Source: Savitreella phatthalungensis (lineage: Eukaryota). Taken from it: a stretch of 64,000 nt of DNA. The position numbers and the translations under genes were made by a program. How positions within the stretch are numbered: the stretch's first letter is position 1; every line of letters begins with the position of its first letter. The notes under the pieces are model-generated. The model saw nothing but the letters and a program-made list of their open reading frames with translations. It was not told the origin of the DNA and did no database searches. Of the stretch, positions 12,146-22,930 are shown one piece after another. Location of the stretch: the NCBI GenBank assembly GCA_051599415.1, contig AP039698.1, positions 248,001-312,000 on the forward strand. Reading direction: 5' to 3'.

Positions 12146-13091
12146 CTAGCGTGATGAGGACGATGCAGCAGGACCAGCTGGATTCTTTCCGGCGCGACCC
12201 CCGAAATAGGTTGACACAAGATTCGTGAATGTACGCCATGCGTCCCGTGCCGCAGGAGGTACGCGTGGGTCTGCGAGCGTATGATCGACCACCAAATTGA
12301 CCTGGCTGAATTGCTGACGGACAAAGGGTGAGGTTGCGAATCTATATCTCAGAAAGCCAACATAGACCAGGAGTGTTGTCAAAGTCGTTGAACGGATCAC
12401 GAGGCCGAGCACGACGCGTAAGCCCAGCAACACTACCTCGACCCGGGCAGCAAGTTGCATGGCTCGCTCGTAGTTGGCTTTCACCCAAATGCCAATACGC
12501 TTCGACACCATCGCAGCTGTGCCGTTGTCTGCCTCTGATGTGCTCTTCGGATCCACAGCCGGCAAGATCGTTGTTCGTAGGTAAGTCAAGACGTGGAAGA
12601 GCGAGAATATGACGTACGGCACAAGTGCCAGCGCCACAGGTCGTGCCATTGTAAGCCAGTAGAGAGCCAAGAAGAGATACTGAACGTTCTCGTCGCTCCA
12701 CACTTTTGCGAGGAATTGAAGGTTGATCTCTCGCAAGTTTTGGCGGCTATAGGTCTTGAAAATGACGACACCGTCTGATTTAAAGGTCAGTATTCATCCC
12801 CTGAGCAGGTCACCGGATTGTCTCACAGGTTGCAACGGAGCCTACGAGTGCGGACCTATACGCCAGAACGTGTGCCGAAGACTTGAACGTAACGACAGCC
12901 AGCCAGTAGCGAGCTGCACATGAGAGAAGCACGACATGACCGATGAACCATGCAAACTGTTTGTCAGACGACATCCCGAACAATTCATGAGTAGAACGAA
13001 CCTGCACATGGGTGACGACTTTGATCAGCCGTTGCTGTAGGGTCGTCGCTGCTTGTTGACCTGTGGCAGCGGAAGGCTTTGACGTCGACAT
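12146..13091 (-). CDS. POM33: Pom33/TMEM33-family ER/nuclear-pore membrane protein, two introns
   Basis: Motifs QFAWFIGHV, YGVVIFK, DENVQYLFLALYWL, LALVPYVIFSLFHVLTYLRT, FLRYRF. Introns 12957-13001 and 12775-12826 are canonical. Confidence 0.9.
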
Positions 13092-13386
13092 GTCCTTTGA
13101 GTACTGCTATGATCTCTCCAGAGTCTTGTACAAAGGTTCGCCTGATTACTTTGTGGACGGAGCTTTCTCGCGTAGCTTCTCGTTCCCTGCGCAGCGTGGC
13201 ATGTACAATAGGTGCTGTTTGTGCATGCCCGCAGGCTTCCCAGGCTATGGCACCTAATTTTGAATTTTCCGCAATGAAACTGTGACGTACGCCGATTGAC
13301 CTGATTCGCGCGTGTCATGGCATCAGTCCATAGCATTTCACCACGTCAAGCCAATCCACTGAAGAGCATGTAGGCAGCGAGGTCCG

Positions 13387-13899
13387 ATGCCGCTTGTCGA
13401 TTACGGTATAGATGAAGAGGATGACAATTCGGAGGCTCAGCCCACTTGTCTCAAGTCGTCCTCTAAGCAGACAACGCCTGCGAAGTTGTTCAATGTGAAG
13501 GCCGAGACCATGAAGTCAGGATCTCAGAGCACCTCCGCGGCCGCAGACGATGATGAGTATAAATTTGAGACAGAGTCTAAGGAGTACGAAGAGATTCCGA
13601 ATGAGACAGGGGGAGTGACAACTCAGGATGTAAACGCGCGTGGAACAAAGCGCGAGCGCGAACCAGAAGAATGGCGACATATTCGGGCTAGCGATATCGA
13701 GTACATCGATGGGGATAGATTGACAGATACACAGGGTGAATCAGAGGCCATACCACGTAAGACTCATTCTGTCAGTGCAGGCAGGCATCAGCTCTCAGGC
13801 CTGATCAATGCAGCTTTGGGCCAGAAGCAGGAACTCGAAGAAAAGTTCAATGAGCAACGAAAGCGTCGTCGTGATACAGGCAGGCGCTACGGCTTCTAG
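13387..13899 (+). CDS. PRCC-family (mitotic checkpoint regulator, MAD2B-interacting-like) protein
   Basis: N-terminal MPLVDY and C-terminal RHQLSGLINAALGQKQELEEKF...RRDTGRRYGF match the PRCC C-terminal pattern. Confidence 0.75.
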   Translation: MPLVDYGIDEEDDNSEAQPTCLKSSSKQTTPAKLFNVKAETMKSGSQSTSAAADDDEYKFETESKEYEEIPNETGGVTTQDVNARGTKREREPEEWRHIRASDIEYIDGDRLTDTQGESEAIPRKTHSVSAGRHQLSGLINAALGQKQELEEKFNEQRKRRRDTGRRYGF

Positions 13900-15650
13900 A
13901 TGGCAAACTGAATCTGTCCGGACTCTTCTGCAGGCGCACCGTTCGAGGTATATGAGAGTTTGTATCGCAGTTTCGCCTGGCCCGCGGAAACTCCGCTGAG
14001 GGTCATTGTCTGCTTGATTGCATCTGTCGCCCGCGAAGCTATTGTCTTTGACGACGGCGGCTGCATCTGAATCTGCTGCGACTTCGGCACAGCAATTTGA
14101 AGCTCGATGTCGTTGAGGGCGCTGCTGGAGCGATTGCTGAACAGGGCCGTTAGATTGAGCGGATTTGCCTGGGTGCCTGTTCCGGTCCCCTTCACGAGGA
14201 TGACAGAGACTGAGTTCGATTGGAACAATTCAATACGTTGACCGCCAAGTGGGGCAGATGATGAAGACTGCATATTGAGGCCCGCGAAGCTGTTTGCGAG
14301 GGTGGTACTTTGTGCAGATGTCGTCTGGCTAGCTGATTGACCACCCAGTGCAATCGACCCGGAGCTACCGAAGGTATCAAGTCCTCCGAAATTTAGCCCG
14401 AGCAAGTCATCCATTTCAGACTGCTTCTGGGTCGATTTGGCGGCTGATGTAGTCGCTTGCGATGGTGATGTCGTGGATGTAGCCTGAGTCGATTGTGAAA
14501 GAGCTGCAGGCATATCTGAAGGACCATCGAAATCGAGAAGGTTGATGTCCTGGGCGAACTTACTCTGCGTCGTCGCGGCACTTGTAGTGGCCGATGCTGC
14601 AACCGGCTCAGCCGAGTCGCCAGCACCCAGAACATCGCTGATATTTGTTTCAGGAACATTTGTCGATACCTGCGAGGCAGCGCCAAAGTCACCCTTTTTA
14701 AGAAGATCATACTTGTGGACAACATTGTTGATCGAGTCATTGAGCTGGAATAAGGTCGACACTGCGTTCTGGTCCTCGCTTTCGTCTTCGCACATCTTAC
14801 GAAGCTTCGGTTGGGCATTTCGAATCGAATCTGCAAGCTCCTGATAGATGTCCCCCTCGGTGAGAACGTCAGATGCGCTCAGACCACTAAGCATTTCGCT
14901 CAACAGGGCGGCCTTTCGCCTGATCTGATCCACCTCCGCGGCAGCCTTTGCGCGGTAGTCGATCTTGTGCTGGTCGAATCCTGCCATGACCTTCATCAGT
15001 CTGTTGGCTTCTGCGAGATCAGCCGGTGTGCCGCGCCGAATAAGTTCTTGTAGTTTAGCGGAATGTGCAACGCGATCCTCCTCCTCCATTTCCGTGGCGG
15101 ACTTCAGACTGTCATTCGGGTTGAGCACATCCGCTGCACTAGCATTGATCTGTGGAAAGTCGTATCCTTTGTAATGGAGCAGTCTGTGCATGTCACGAAT
15201 GTAGCCCATATCATCCTTGTATCTACTCGTCTCGCACAATGTCTGACGCCATTGCTCGAGCAGCTCAAGGATGCGGAATTGCACTCGGGATGGCTGTGGT
15301 GGCGGACGTTCGGGGAACCTGCGCACGAGCTCATTGAGGAACTCTTTCGTTGCGATCTGTAGATGAAAAGGATAGCCACAGTTCTTCACTAGCATGTCAA
15401 GAAGCGCAATTGCTAGAAGCGACGTGACTGGGTTCAGCGAGTTGATCTTGTGCACCAGAGCCACGGCCGCATCCCTCGGCATGTTGCCCTTCTTGCTATT
15501 GATCAGGTCTGCGATTTCGAGATTGAGGGAGAGGTTCGGCTCGAAATTCGCCGGGGATGTTGCTCTATTGATATATGAGTACAAGTGGGCCTGGCTCTTT
15601 GGAATGGAACGTGTTGGCTGATATGCCGACACTTCATCGAGCGAGACCAT
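13896..15650 (-). CDS. GGA2: GGA clathrin adaptor (VHS-GAT-GAE)
   Basis: VHS motif LVKNCGYPFHLQIATKEFLNELVRRFP, GAT motif AKLQELIRRGTPADLAEANRLMKVMAG, clathrin-box-like LLDFD, and a C-terminal ear (IAVPKSQQIQMQPPS). First ATG is at 15650; the ORF-track start is a TTG extension. Confidence 0.95.
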   Translation of the reverse strand: MVSLDEVSAYQPTRSIPKSQAHLYSYINRATSPANFEPNLSLNLEIADLINSKKGNMPRDAAVALVHKINSLNPVTSLLAIALLDMLVKNCGYPFHLQIATKEFLNELVRRFPERPPPQPSRVQFRILELLEQWRQTLCETSRYKDDMGYIRDMHRLLHYKGYDFPQINASAADVLNPNDSLKSATEMEEEDRVAHSAKLQELIRRGTPADLAEANRLMKVMAGFDQHKIDYRAKAAAEVDQIRRKAALLSEMLSGLSASDVLTEGDIYQELADSIRNAQPKLRKMCEDESEDQNAVSTLFQLNDSINNVVHKYDLLKKGDFGAASQVSTNVPETNISDVLGAGDSAEPVAASATTSAATTQSKFAQDINLLDFDGPSDMPAALSQSTQATSTTSPSQATTSAAKSTQKQSEMDDLLGLNFGGLDTFGSSGSIALGGQSASQTTSAQSTTLANSFAGLNMQSSSSAPLGGQRIELFQSNSVSVILVKGTGTGTQANPLNLTALFSNRSSSALNDIELQIAVPKSQQIQMQPPSSKTIASRATDAIKQTMTLSGVSAGQAKLRYKLSYTSNGAPAEESGQIQFAI

Positions 15651-16560
15651 CGTTGTCAGACCTTGACTTGGGGCCTCTGAGCTGATATAGTCCCTTTTAC
15701 CAGCTGTTCTAAATCCTTGAGCTTGTAAGAGAGCGTAGTGTACCAATTGCTTTTGACACTGATGATGTCGTTGCGACGTATGGTCACGTATACCTACTGA
15801 GTAGGCTTGTCAGATGAAAAGCGCTGGTAGATTGCGCTGTTTTGGACGAGATAAAACATGCAGCGGTTGAATAAATACTGTACTTCGATCAAATCATATC
15901 GTTGACGGCTTCAGACTTTAGCTAGCTAAGCTGAATTTCACCAGCGAGCTGTAGGTGAACAAATCCCAATTTAGCGCATGCAATATGGCCCCTGATCTCT
16001 CCCATATCAGAACGTTCATTCAGCTTTTTTGAGAAAACAATTGTGGTTAACTCATGAGCAGCGCATGAATTAAAGTACAGCCAGATTTATGCATACATTC
16101 AAATATTTGCTTGCTAAATTCGGGATCCTGACTGCAGCTCATATACAGCTAGTCGATCGGAAGTCTCATTCACTCACGCACGCACGAAATTCATGGCGTA
16201 ATCCGTGCATGCACACCACCAACGCTTTGCTCTTGACAGCCCGAGTCATGTCAGTCAGCAAATCTGGCCTCGTCCAGCTCTGGTGAATTAGCTAGATAGC
16301 TAGCTATACAACTTTCCATCCGCGGAAGCTCTTCAGTGTCGACCTTGAGAATACTAGGATATCCAGGGTGTTTCTCGATCACATCACGCACAGATCTTGC
16401 TCTCAGGACAGAGTACTGTCGGTACAGAGGCCAGCCGGCCGATTCAACGACTGATCGACAGCGCTTGAGCGCTTGATTCGATCTTGCATCTGAGACTGAC
16501 CGGCAGACCTTGCGTAGCAGAGAGTTTCTCCAAGAACGCCAGAGTCCTACGAGACGCGCC

Positions 16561-17400
16561 ATGGGCAGAGGAAATGCTGCCCGAGGCGGCCATGGCGATC
16601 AATATTCCAATCGCTTGGACACGAAGGAACTTGGACCGCCGCTTGCGATGTGGGACTTCAATCATTGTGATCCGAAGCGCTGCTCGGGCAAGAAGCTTGA
16701 GCGACAAGGTCTTATCCGTGCACTCCGGATCGGACAGAAGTCAAAGGGCGTAGTGGTTACGCCAAACGGTCGACAGCCAGTCTCACCCGCGGATAAGAAC
16801 GTCTGCACAGAATACGGCGTTGCTGTTGTCGAGTGCTCTTGGGCGCGGATATCGGAAGTTCCATTCAACAAGATTGGTGGCAATTGTGAGCGCTTACTGC
16901 CGTATCTGGTCGCGGCCAATCCTGTCAATTACGGAAAGCCATGGCGGTTGAATTGCGTCGAAGCTATTGCAGCTTGCCTGGTGATCACCGGCCATGAGCA
17001 ACGAGCGAGACGGATCATGGAACCTTTCGGATGGGGTCCAAGCTTCTTCGATATCAACGCTGAGCTCTTCGAAATTTATGCTGCCTGCGCTGACGCCAAG
17101 GAGGTCACACAGCGACAAGAGGAATGGCTGGCTAAACTTGCAGAAGAATACAATAGCAAACGAAGTGGCGTCCAACAAGCAGCCACAGGAATGGCTCAAA
17201 AAGTGGATCAATACGGCATTCCACTGTCTGACAATGAAGATTCCGCCGACGAAACGGGACCTGTGGATAGTGGCGATGAAGGAGAGTTTGACGGGCGTCG
17301 CAGTGTGTTGAAACATAACGAGGACGAAGATGATCCATTATTCACCACTGACCGCCTGGGGAATAGGGTACGCAAAGTAGACTGCGATTCAGCCCTCTAA
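16561..17400 (+). CDS. TSR3: 18S rRNA aminocarboxypropyltransferase
   Basis: AMWDFNHCDPKRCSGKKL, VVECSWAR, RLLPYLVAANPVNYGKPWRLNCVEA, FGWGPSFFDIN. ATG at 16561. Confidence 0.97.
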   Translation: MGRGNAARGGHGDQYSNRLDTKELGPPLAMWDFNHCDPKRCSGKKLERQGLIRALRIGQKSKGVVVTPNGRQPVSPADKNVCTEYGVAVVECSWARISEVPFNKIGGNCERLLPYLVAANPVNYGKPWRLNCVEAIAACLVITGHEQRARRIMEPFGWGPSFFDINAELFEIYAACADAKEVTQRQEEWLAKLAEEYNSKRSGVQQAATGMAQKVDQYGIPLSDNEDSADETGPVDSGDEGEFDGRRSVLKHNEDEDDPLFTTDRLGNRVRKVDCDSAL

Positions 17401-17449
17401 TAATGATAACGATGACGACTTTGTAATTCGACTAGCTGGCTCACTTACC

Positions 17450-20400
17450 TCATTGAGCGATCGCGACTGCTACAGCCTGGACGTCATCGTGACTGATGCT
17501 AACTTTGACTTCGCGAATGCCAGCTGCTTCTGCAGCCGCTTTGGCCGCGCCGTGAAGTGCCACTTGCGGACCCGTTGATGAAGACGAGCGCACAATCTCG
17601 ATGTCTATCAAACTGGCACCAGCGCCCTTGCTGGACACACCAAGACTCTTGAAGACGGCCTCCTTGGCAGACCATGTGCCGGCGAAGCTCGACTGTGGAG
17701 ATGCCGCGGCACTGCAGTAGTCGCGCTCGTTCTGCGTAAAGTTGCGCTCGATGAACGTCTCATTGTCAACCGGCAGGCTGCTGATGAGCTCGACATCTAC
17801 ACCAACATTCTGTGCGCCACTCGATAACGCCAATCCGGCAAGCAGATCTTCGGTGTGGCCCCTCGCAGGCGTGTGGAACGACTTCGCAAATGACCAGGAG
17901 CCTGCCTTGTCCGGCACAGCACGTGCAAGAGGGTCGAGGTAGACGGCGGACTCTTGTGCTGCGGTATAAGGTGCGGCCTTCTTAGCCTTGATCAGGGTCT
18001 GATTGGCCATAGACTCGTGCCAGTAGCGGTAGCTCTTGCGATAACGTGACTCGACCTTGGACCGGTATGCTTCAAGGACGGATGGCTCGAGGGTGGCAAG
18101 CACATAATCGGGGTGGATGACGATGATCTGGGCGCCGACCTGTCCAAAGCCAAAAGAGGTGACCGAAGCGGCCTTGATGCCATCCGTCTGAATACCGCGG
18201 CTTGGATAGAGGATGTGCGAAAATCGCTCGAGGTGCTGGTCAACATTGTCGGCATTGCGGTTGCCTGGCACAAATCCAGTGTTAAGAACCTGCATGGCAC
18301 CATTGAGCATCCAGGCAGCAGCTGCGCCCTTCGGATGACCCGTAAGGTATTTCTGGAAGATGCCAAGGAGTGCGTTTCCTTTCTTGCGACCAAGATGGGC
18401 GAGCTGTTTGGAGATCGTCTCGGACTCATTTTTGTCGTTTGCGACGGTCGAGGTGCCATGGAAACTGGCAACACCAATATCATCGACAGTCAGACCCCAG
18501 ACAGCTAGAGCACCTCGCAGCGGAGCGATGCTCGCATCTCCCTTATAGAAATCATTGCCGTATGAGCTCTGAGCAGCCTTCGCCTGGCGTTCAACTTCGC
18601 GATGGATGTGGTTAGCGCGCTCTGTGCGGTACGTTTTGACGTCATAATCGGCTTGTTGAGATTGCATGGCGCGAATCTCGTCCTCGAGGAAGCCGTACTC
18701 GCTTTCTGACCATGCGGCAATTTCACGGCGTCGACGCGCGAGCTGCTTGGCACGATAGTCGAGGTTCAGCAACGGTGACGGGAACTTCCCTGGGGTTTCA
18801 CGTGCCGTTGTGAGAATACCTTGACCAGGTGCAGGCACAGACCGACCCTCCTTGTCCGTCGCCGTCGCCGTCATCGCAATGACGCCGTAGATAGGAACAC
18901 CCATTTTTACGGCCAGAGAACCCTGCATCAGGATCTGAATGCCGGCACCCTGGGATTCCATGAAGCCATTGCGAGTAGTGGTAGTCGGCCTCGACATCTC
19001 GCCGGGAGTGCGACCGCGAGCGATTTCCTTCTCCGCATTCGATGTAGCGCCCATGTTGGCAAACTCGTACGAGCCTTCTTCTTGGAAGTCGTCGTAGCCG
19101 CCGACGATGACGATCTTCGCCTTGCCACTGACGATGGTATCGAGACCAATCTCCACGGATTCTGCAGCAGTGGCGCATGCGCCGACAGGGGTTTTGATCG
19201 GTCCGGCGGAAGAGAGCAAAAGCATATTCACCCACGCCGACATAGTGTTGATGAAGGACTCCTGCAGAATATCCTTTTGCACGGGCTTGTCGATCCATCG
19301 ATCTTTGTACATACCACGAAGAGCGGTCACGCCACCAATTCCTGAACCCGCCGTATTGCCCACTTCAGAGACGTGAACATACTGGTAGAACTCGTATGGA
19401 TCAGTGATACCTGAAGAAACGAGCGCCTCAACGGTCGATACGAGGACGTACAGGGTAATTGGATCGACCTGACTGATGATATCGTCCTCAAGTCCATATC
19501 GCTTCGGGTCCCAACCGGTAGGAATTTGTCCTGCAACGAAGCGATCGAAACGCAATGCCTTGGGAATGAGCAGAGTAGCGCCGCGCTTGAGGATCACAGT
19601 CCATTCGCCGTCGGCGTTTTCGAAGACATCGACCTTGTCACCATGCTCGTGCTTGTACGCCGCAGCCGTCTCCGCAGACGTATCAAATGGCTCCATGTCC
19701 TGCTCAAGCACGACCTCCTGCAGAAGCTGCTTCTTGTGCGGATCGTAGCCTTCGAACAATTCAGGCTCGATAAGGCGGATGCCGGCATGATCAAGGATCT
19801 GCTGCTCATACTTCGCCTTCACGTCTTTGTCATCCACAGGCTGACCAGACTTGGCGTCGACCCAAGAGCCATTCTTGTTGTTGATCAAGCCCATGATCCA
19901 CGCCATCTCGATACATCCCTCCAGGGAGAATGCTCCATATGCCTCCATCTCCCACCGAGTACGGGAATTGCCCCATGGTCCGACCTCAGAAAATCCGGTG
20001 ACAACTGCGACCTTGTCGAGGTCGACCATACCTTGTAATTTCAGCGCGGAAAGCTCCTTAGCACTCTTAATCTGCGGGAACTCGAAGCGCATATTTGCTC
20101 TTGGCTGAATGACGTGTTTCTTGTGAAGCTGCTCGGCATCCGGTCCATTGACGATCTGATGCTCGATTGCAGACTCTGCTGCGACAGCCTGGCGGGTGTC
20201 GCTGGTCGCGGCCAGCTCCTTGCGCATTCTGGACGTCAGATCCTTGAGGTTTGGCAACAGCTGCAGACCACCGTTGAGGTCAGCCCATACAGGTTCCTGC
20301 TGGCAAAGCAACACGATAGCAGGCGTCATCAATCCAAGGATGTTGAAGGCCATTTCCTGCTGGCTGAAGGTTCGCACGCCGTACTTTTCGATGCCCTCAG

Positions 20401-22930
20401 CCACCGAATTGTTGCCGGACATCAAGCCCGTACCACGGGTCCAGCCAATGACGAGACCTGTGATGGTCAAGTACGCTGCCCAGCTCTCGGAGTACCAGCG
20501 GTTGAATAGGGTCTCAAGAGCAAGCTTACTCTCGGAATACAGTCCATCGTTACCAAATGTTCCATGATTTGGCGACAACGGCAGCATGACCTGAGCAGGT
20601 CTGGTGTCAAAACCACGCTGGGCCTTCTGCATCTTAACTGCGCCGATAAGCCGGAGGAGATTCGTAAGCATGATGCGATGAGCGAGCTCACTGCGGGAAT
20701 CAATGTTGTCGATCTCGCGCCCATTCTCTGGAATAGCAGCGAATGGAATGATGAAGTCGAGATCCCAGCCAAGACCATGCTTGTCGTCGTAGATGTAGTT
20801 GACGAGCTCATCAACATCCTGCTTAGATCCTTGGTTGAATGGCACCACGATCAAAGCAGCTCCTCTGCTACCATGGCGAGCAAAGGTCTGCTGATAGAAC
20901 TCTGTCACACTCTTGCTGTACCGGGACGTGGTAACGATAACCTTGGCGCCACCGGCCAAAAGTCCCTGCATAACCTCTGCGCCGATAGAGCCGGCGCCAC
21001 AGCCAGTCATCAGCACATGCTTATGCTCGAAAGTGATGCCTTCCTTGGCACCGGCAGAGAGACCGTCGAGATAGACTTTAGTCAGTTCCGAGTCATACTC
21101 CCATCCATGATCTTCCTTGCGCTTGAGATGCAAGAACGGGATAGTTTCGCGAATGTTCAGGTTTAGCTTTCTGCTTCCGCGACCGCTTGAGCTGTCGGAA
21201 GACAGCGCCTGTACCACGTCCGCATAAAGTGACTTGATCTGTAGGCGGCTCGATTTGGACATCTTATTCTGCTGACGGATGATGCGGTAGATTCGACTCA
21301 AATCGTGCTGAATGCTCTTCTTCGGGTTCTCGCCTTTGGACTTGCCGCCGGCTGCCATCTCGGCGACGTATTGCTCAAACTTGCGCACGTTCGGTCTGGG
21401 AACCTCAGAGAAGGACATATTGCCCTTGGCATCAATGCTCGTCTGAGGTCCTGTCGGATACGTCACATCCTTGTACACAGGTGCGGCGTGCAAACTTTCC
21501 TGACAGTTCTGAAGAAGCAGCTTAGCCAGCTCCTGGGCACGCAAATAGGTCTCCGACCGCTCAGTCGGACAGTGGTCTATGTGATACTGGATGAAATCCA
21601 GCAGAGTTGGGTTGGACCGATTCATGAGAGAGATGCAACGTGCGACGATCTCCCGGTCGACGAGCTTCAGTCTGCCGAAGACAATGTCGAAATACATATG
21701 AAGAGCATCTTGTCGAGCCCAGTTCCAATGGGAGTCGTAAACACGTGCCTTGAGAGCACTGAAGCTTGGCTTGATACCGGTCGCATAGAAATCGCCGTGC
21801 TCAGTCTCCCACAGGTCAAGCTGCTCCTGCAGGGCCTGCGTTGCAAGCTTTTCATCGACAAGCTTCCGGTCTCCAGCTCGCAAATCAATCTTCAGATATT
21901 TGGCGTACAAAGAAAGCTGTGACCGAGCAAGATCTGTCTGTTCTTTAGTAAGGGCCTTGAATTGCTCAGGGTCAAGGCCAGCACCCCCGCCACCGCCACT
22001 ACCTGAAGCGCCTCCGGCAGGTTGTCCGAGGGTCACGCCTGCTTTAGCGGCATACTTCTGTGCAACTGAGTCGAGGAACGCCTTGGCATCTGCCTCGCTG
22101 CCGAGCCGAGCAGCTGGCTCCATCGTCAAAGACATTAGGAGCACGCTCTCTGTCCGCCCTGGGCCCAGGCCCCAGCGAGCCGAAAGGTGTGAACGAACAG
22201 AAGTGATATTGAAGCCAGCGGGCATCTTTGCAGAGTATAAACGCTGAACAAGCGAGCTGGACTGCTTCCCCAGTTGACCGCTGAAAGAGCCTTGCATAGC
22301 AGCGCCAAGCTCATCGAGCGGTGTATCCTCTGGTTTTTCTGGCGTGCTGCCGAACTCCTTCCCTAGATCACCGAGAATTTCGTTTTGCATAGTCGACTTT
22401 CCGCCGACGAGGTCTTTGATCGCCTTGGACAATGGCACGTCGTCCAGGCTCTTCTTTAACTTTTGTGCCACCAGTGCGTGCACGACATCGACGGCTTTCA
22501 CAGGCTCATCAGGCACTGCTTCCGCAGCGGCGGATGGAGCTGGTGCCGGCACAGGAGCCGCCGTAACTGCTGGTGTAGGTGCCGCTGCCGCCGGCTTTGC
22601 GGATTCTGCCGCTGGCTCGGACGCTTGAGCCTGCGGTGCGGGATCTTCAATATTGTAGTAGATTGACTTGGCGTCGGACGAGTAGCAGAGAACATCTCTC
22701 TGAATGGATTTTGCAGCATCATACGCCTCATACTTCTGCTTCAACGTTCGCTGCGCCATTCCTGAGAGCGTGGGCGATGGGCCGATCTCGACGACGCGCT
22801 CGGCATTCCGATCACCCAGAAGCACGTCCTGTGTTTCAATCCATCTAACTGGTGATGCGAATTGGTAGGCCAGCAGCTCGATGAGAACTGTGTGGGCCAG
22901 CTCTTGCTCTACCTCTGCGCTGAGACTCAT
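17450..22930 (-). CDS. FAS2: Fatty acid synthase alpha subunit (MPT C-part, ACP, KR, KS, PPT)
   Basis: Intronless 1826 aa. [21 protein letters not shown] serine motif [19 protein letters not shown] and YSESK, KS GACAT / HGTST / GHPKGAA, PPT GVDVE...[11 protein letters not shown]...ISHD. Confidence 0.99.
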   Translation of the reverse strand: MSLSAEVEQELAHTVLIELLAYQFASPVRWIETQDVLLGDRNAERVVEIGPSPTLSGMAQRTLKQKYEAYDAAKSIQRDVLCYSSDAKSIYYNIEDPAPQAQASEPAAESAKPAAAAPTPAVTAAPVPAPAPSAAAEAVPDEPVKAVDVVHALVAQKLKKSLDDVPLSKAIKDLVGGKSTMQNEILGDLGKEFGSTPEKPEDTPLDELGAAMQGSFSGQLGKQSSSLVQRLYSAKMPAGFNITSVRSHLSARWGLGPGRTESVLLMSLTMEPAARLGSEADAKAFLDSVAQKYAAKAGVTLGQPAGGASGSGGGGGAGLDPEQFKALTKEQTDLARSQLSLYAKYLKIDLRAGDRKLVDEKLATQALQEQLDLWETEHGDFYATGIKPSFSALKARVYDSHWNWARQDALHMYFDIVFGRLKLVDREIVARCISLMNRSNPTLLDFIQYHIDHCPTERSETYLRAQELAKLLLQNCQESLHAAPVYKDVTYPTGPQTSIDAKGNMSFSEVPRPNVRKFEQYVAEMAAGGKSKGENPKKSIQHDLSRIYRIIRQQNKMSKSSRLQIKSLYADVVQALSSDSSSGRGSRKLNLNIRETIPFLHLKRKEDHGWEYDSELTKVYLDGLSAGAKEGITFEHKHVLMTGCGAGSIGAEVMQGLLAGGAKVIVTTSRYSKSVTEFYQQTFARHGSRGAALIVVPFNQGSKQDVDELVNYIYDDKHGLGWDLDFIIPFAAIPENGREIDNIDSRSELAHRIMLTNLLRLIGAVKMQKAQRGFDTRPAQVMLPLSPNHGTFGNDGLYSESKLALETLFNRWYSESWAAYLTITGLVIGWTRGTGLMSGNNSVAEGIEKYGVRTFSQQEMAFNILGLMTPAIVLLCQQEPVWADLNGGLQLLPNLKDLTSRMRKELAATSDTRQAVAAESAIEHQIVNGPDAEQLHKKHVIQPRANMRFEFPQIKSAKELSALKLQGMVDLDKVAVVTGFSEVGPWGNSRTRWEMEAYGAFSLEGCIEMAWIMGLINNKNGSWVDAKSGQPVDDKDVKAKYEQQILDHAGIRLIEPELFEGYDPHKKQLLQEVVLEQDMEPFDTSAETAAAYKHEHGDKVDVFENADGEWTVILKRGATLLIPKALRFDRFVAGQIPTGWDPKRYGLEDDIISQVDPITLYVLVSTVEALVSSGITDPYEFYQYVHVSEVGNTAGSGIGGVTALRGMYKDRWIDKPVQKDILQESFINTMSAWVNMLLLSSAGPIKTPVGACATAAESVEIGLDTIVSGKAKIVIVGGYDDFQEEGSYEFANMGATSNAEKEIARGRTPGEMSRPTTTTRNGFMESQGAGIQILMQGSLAVKMGVPIYGVIAMTATATDKEGRSVPAPGQGILTTARETPGKFPSPLLNLDYRAKQLARRRREIAAWSESEYGFLEDEIRAMQSQQADYDVKTYRTERANHIHREVERQAKAAQSSYGNDFYKGDASIAPLRGALAVWGLTVDDIGVASFHGTSTVANDKNESETISKQLAHLGRKKGNALLGIFQKYLTGHPKGAAAAWMLNGAMQVLNTGFVPGNRNADNVDQHLERFSHILYPSRGIQTDGIKAASVTSFGFGQVGAQIIVIHPDYVLATLEPSVLEAYRSKVESRYRKSYRYWHESMANQTLIKAKKAAPYTAAQESAVYLDPLARAVPDKAGSWSFAKSFHTPARGHTEDLLAGLALSSGAQNVGVDVELISSLPVDNETFIERNFTQNERDYCSAAASPQSSFAGTWSAKEAVFKSLGVSSKGAGASLIDIEIVRSSSSTGPQVALHGAAKAAAEAAGIREVKVSISHDDVQAVAVAIAQ

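Noticed and set aside
15651..15746. N-terminal extensions from TTG/GTG starts in the ORF track (GGA, TSR3, eIF3e, NTE1, TRM10, PRI1, mL49)
   Set aside because: Eukaryotic genes normally start at ATG, and the conserved sequence begins at the downstream ATG in each case.
15985..15994. ATGGCCCCTG resembling part of U6 snRNA
   Set aside because: Only 10 nt match, with no ACAGAGA box or other U6 sequence in the flanks.
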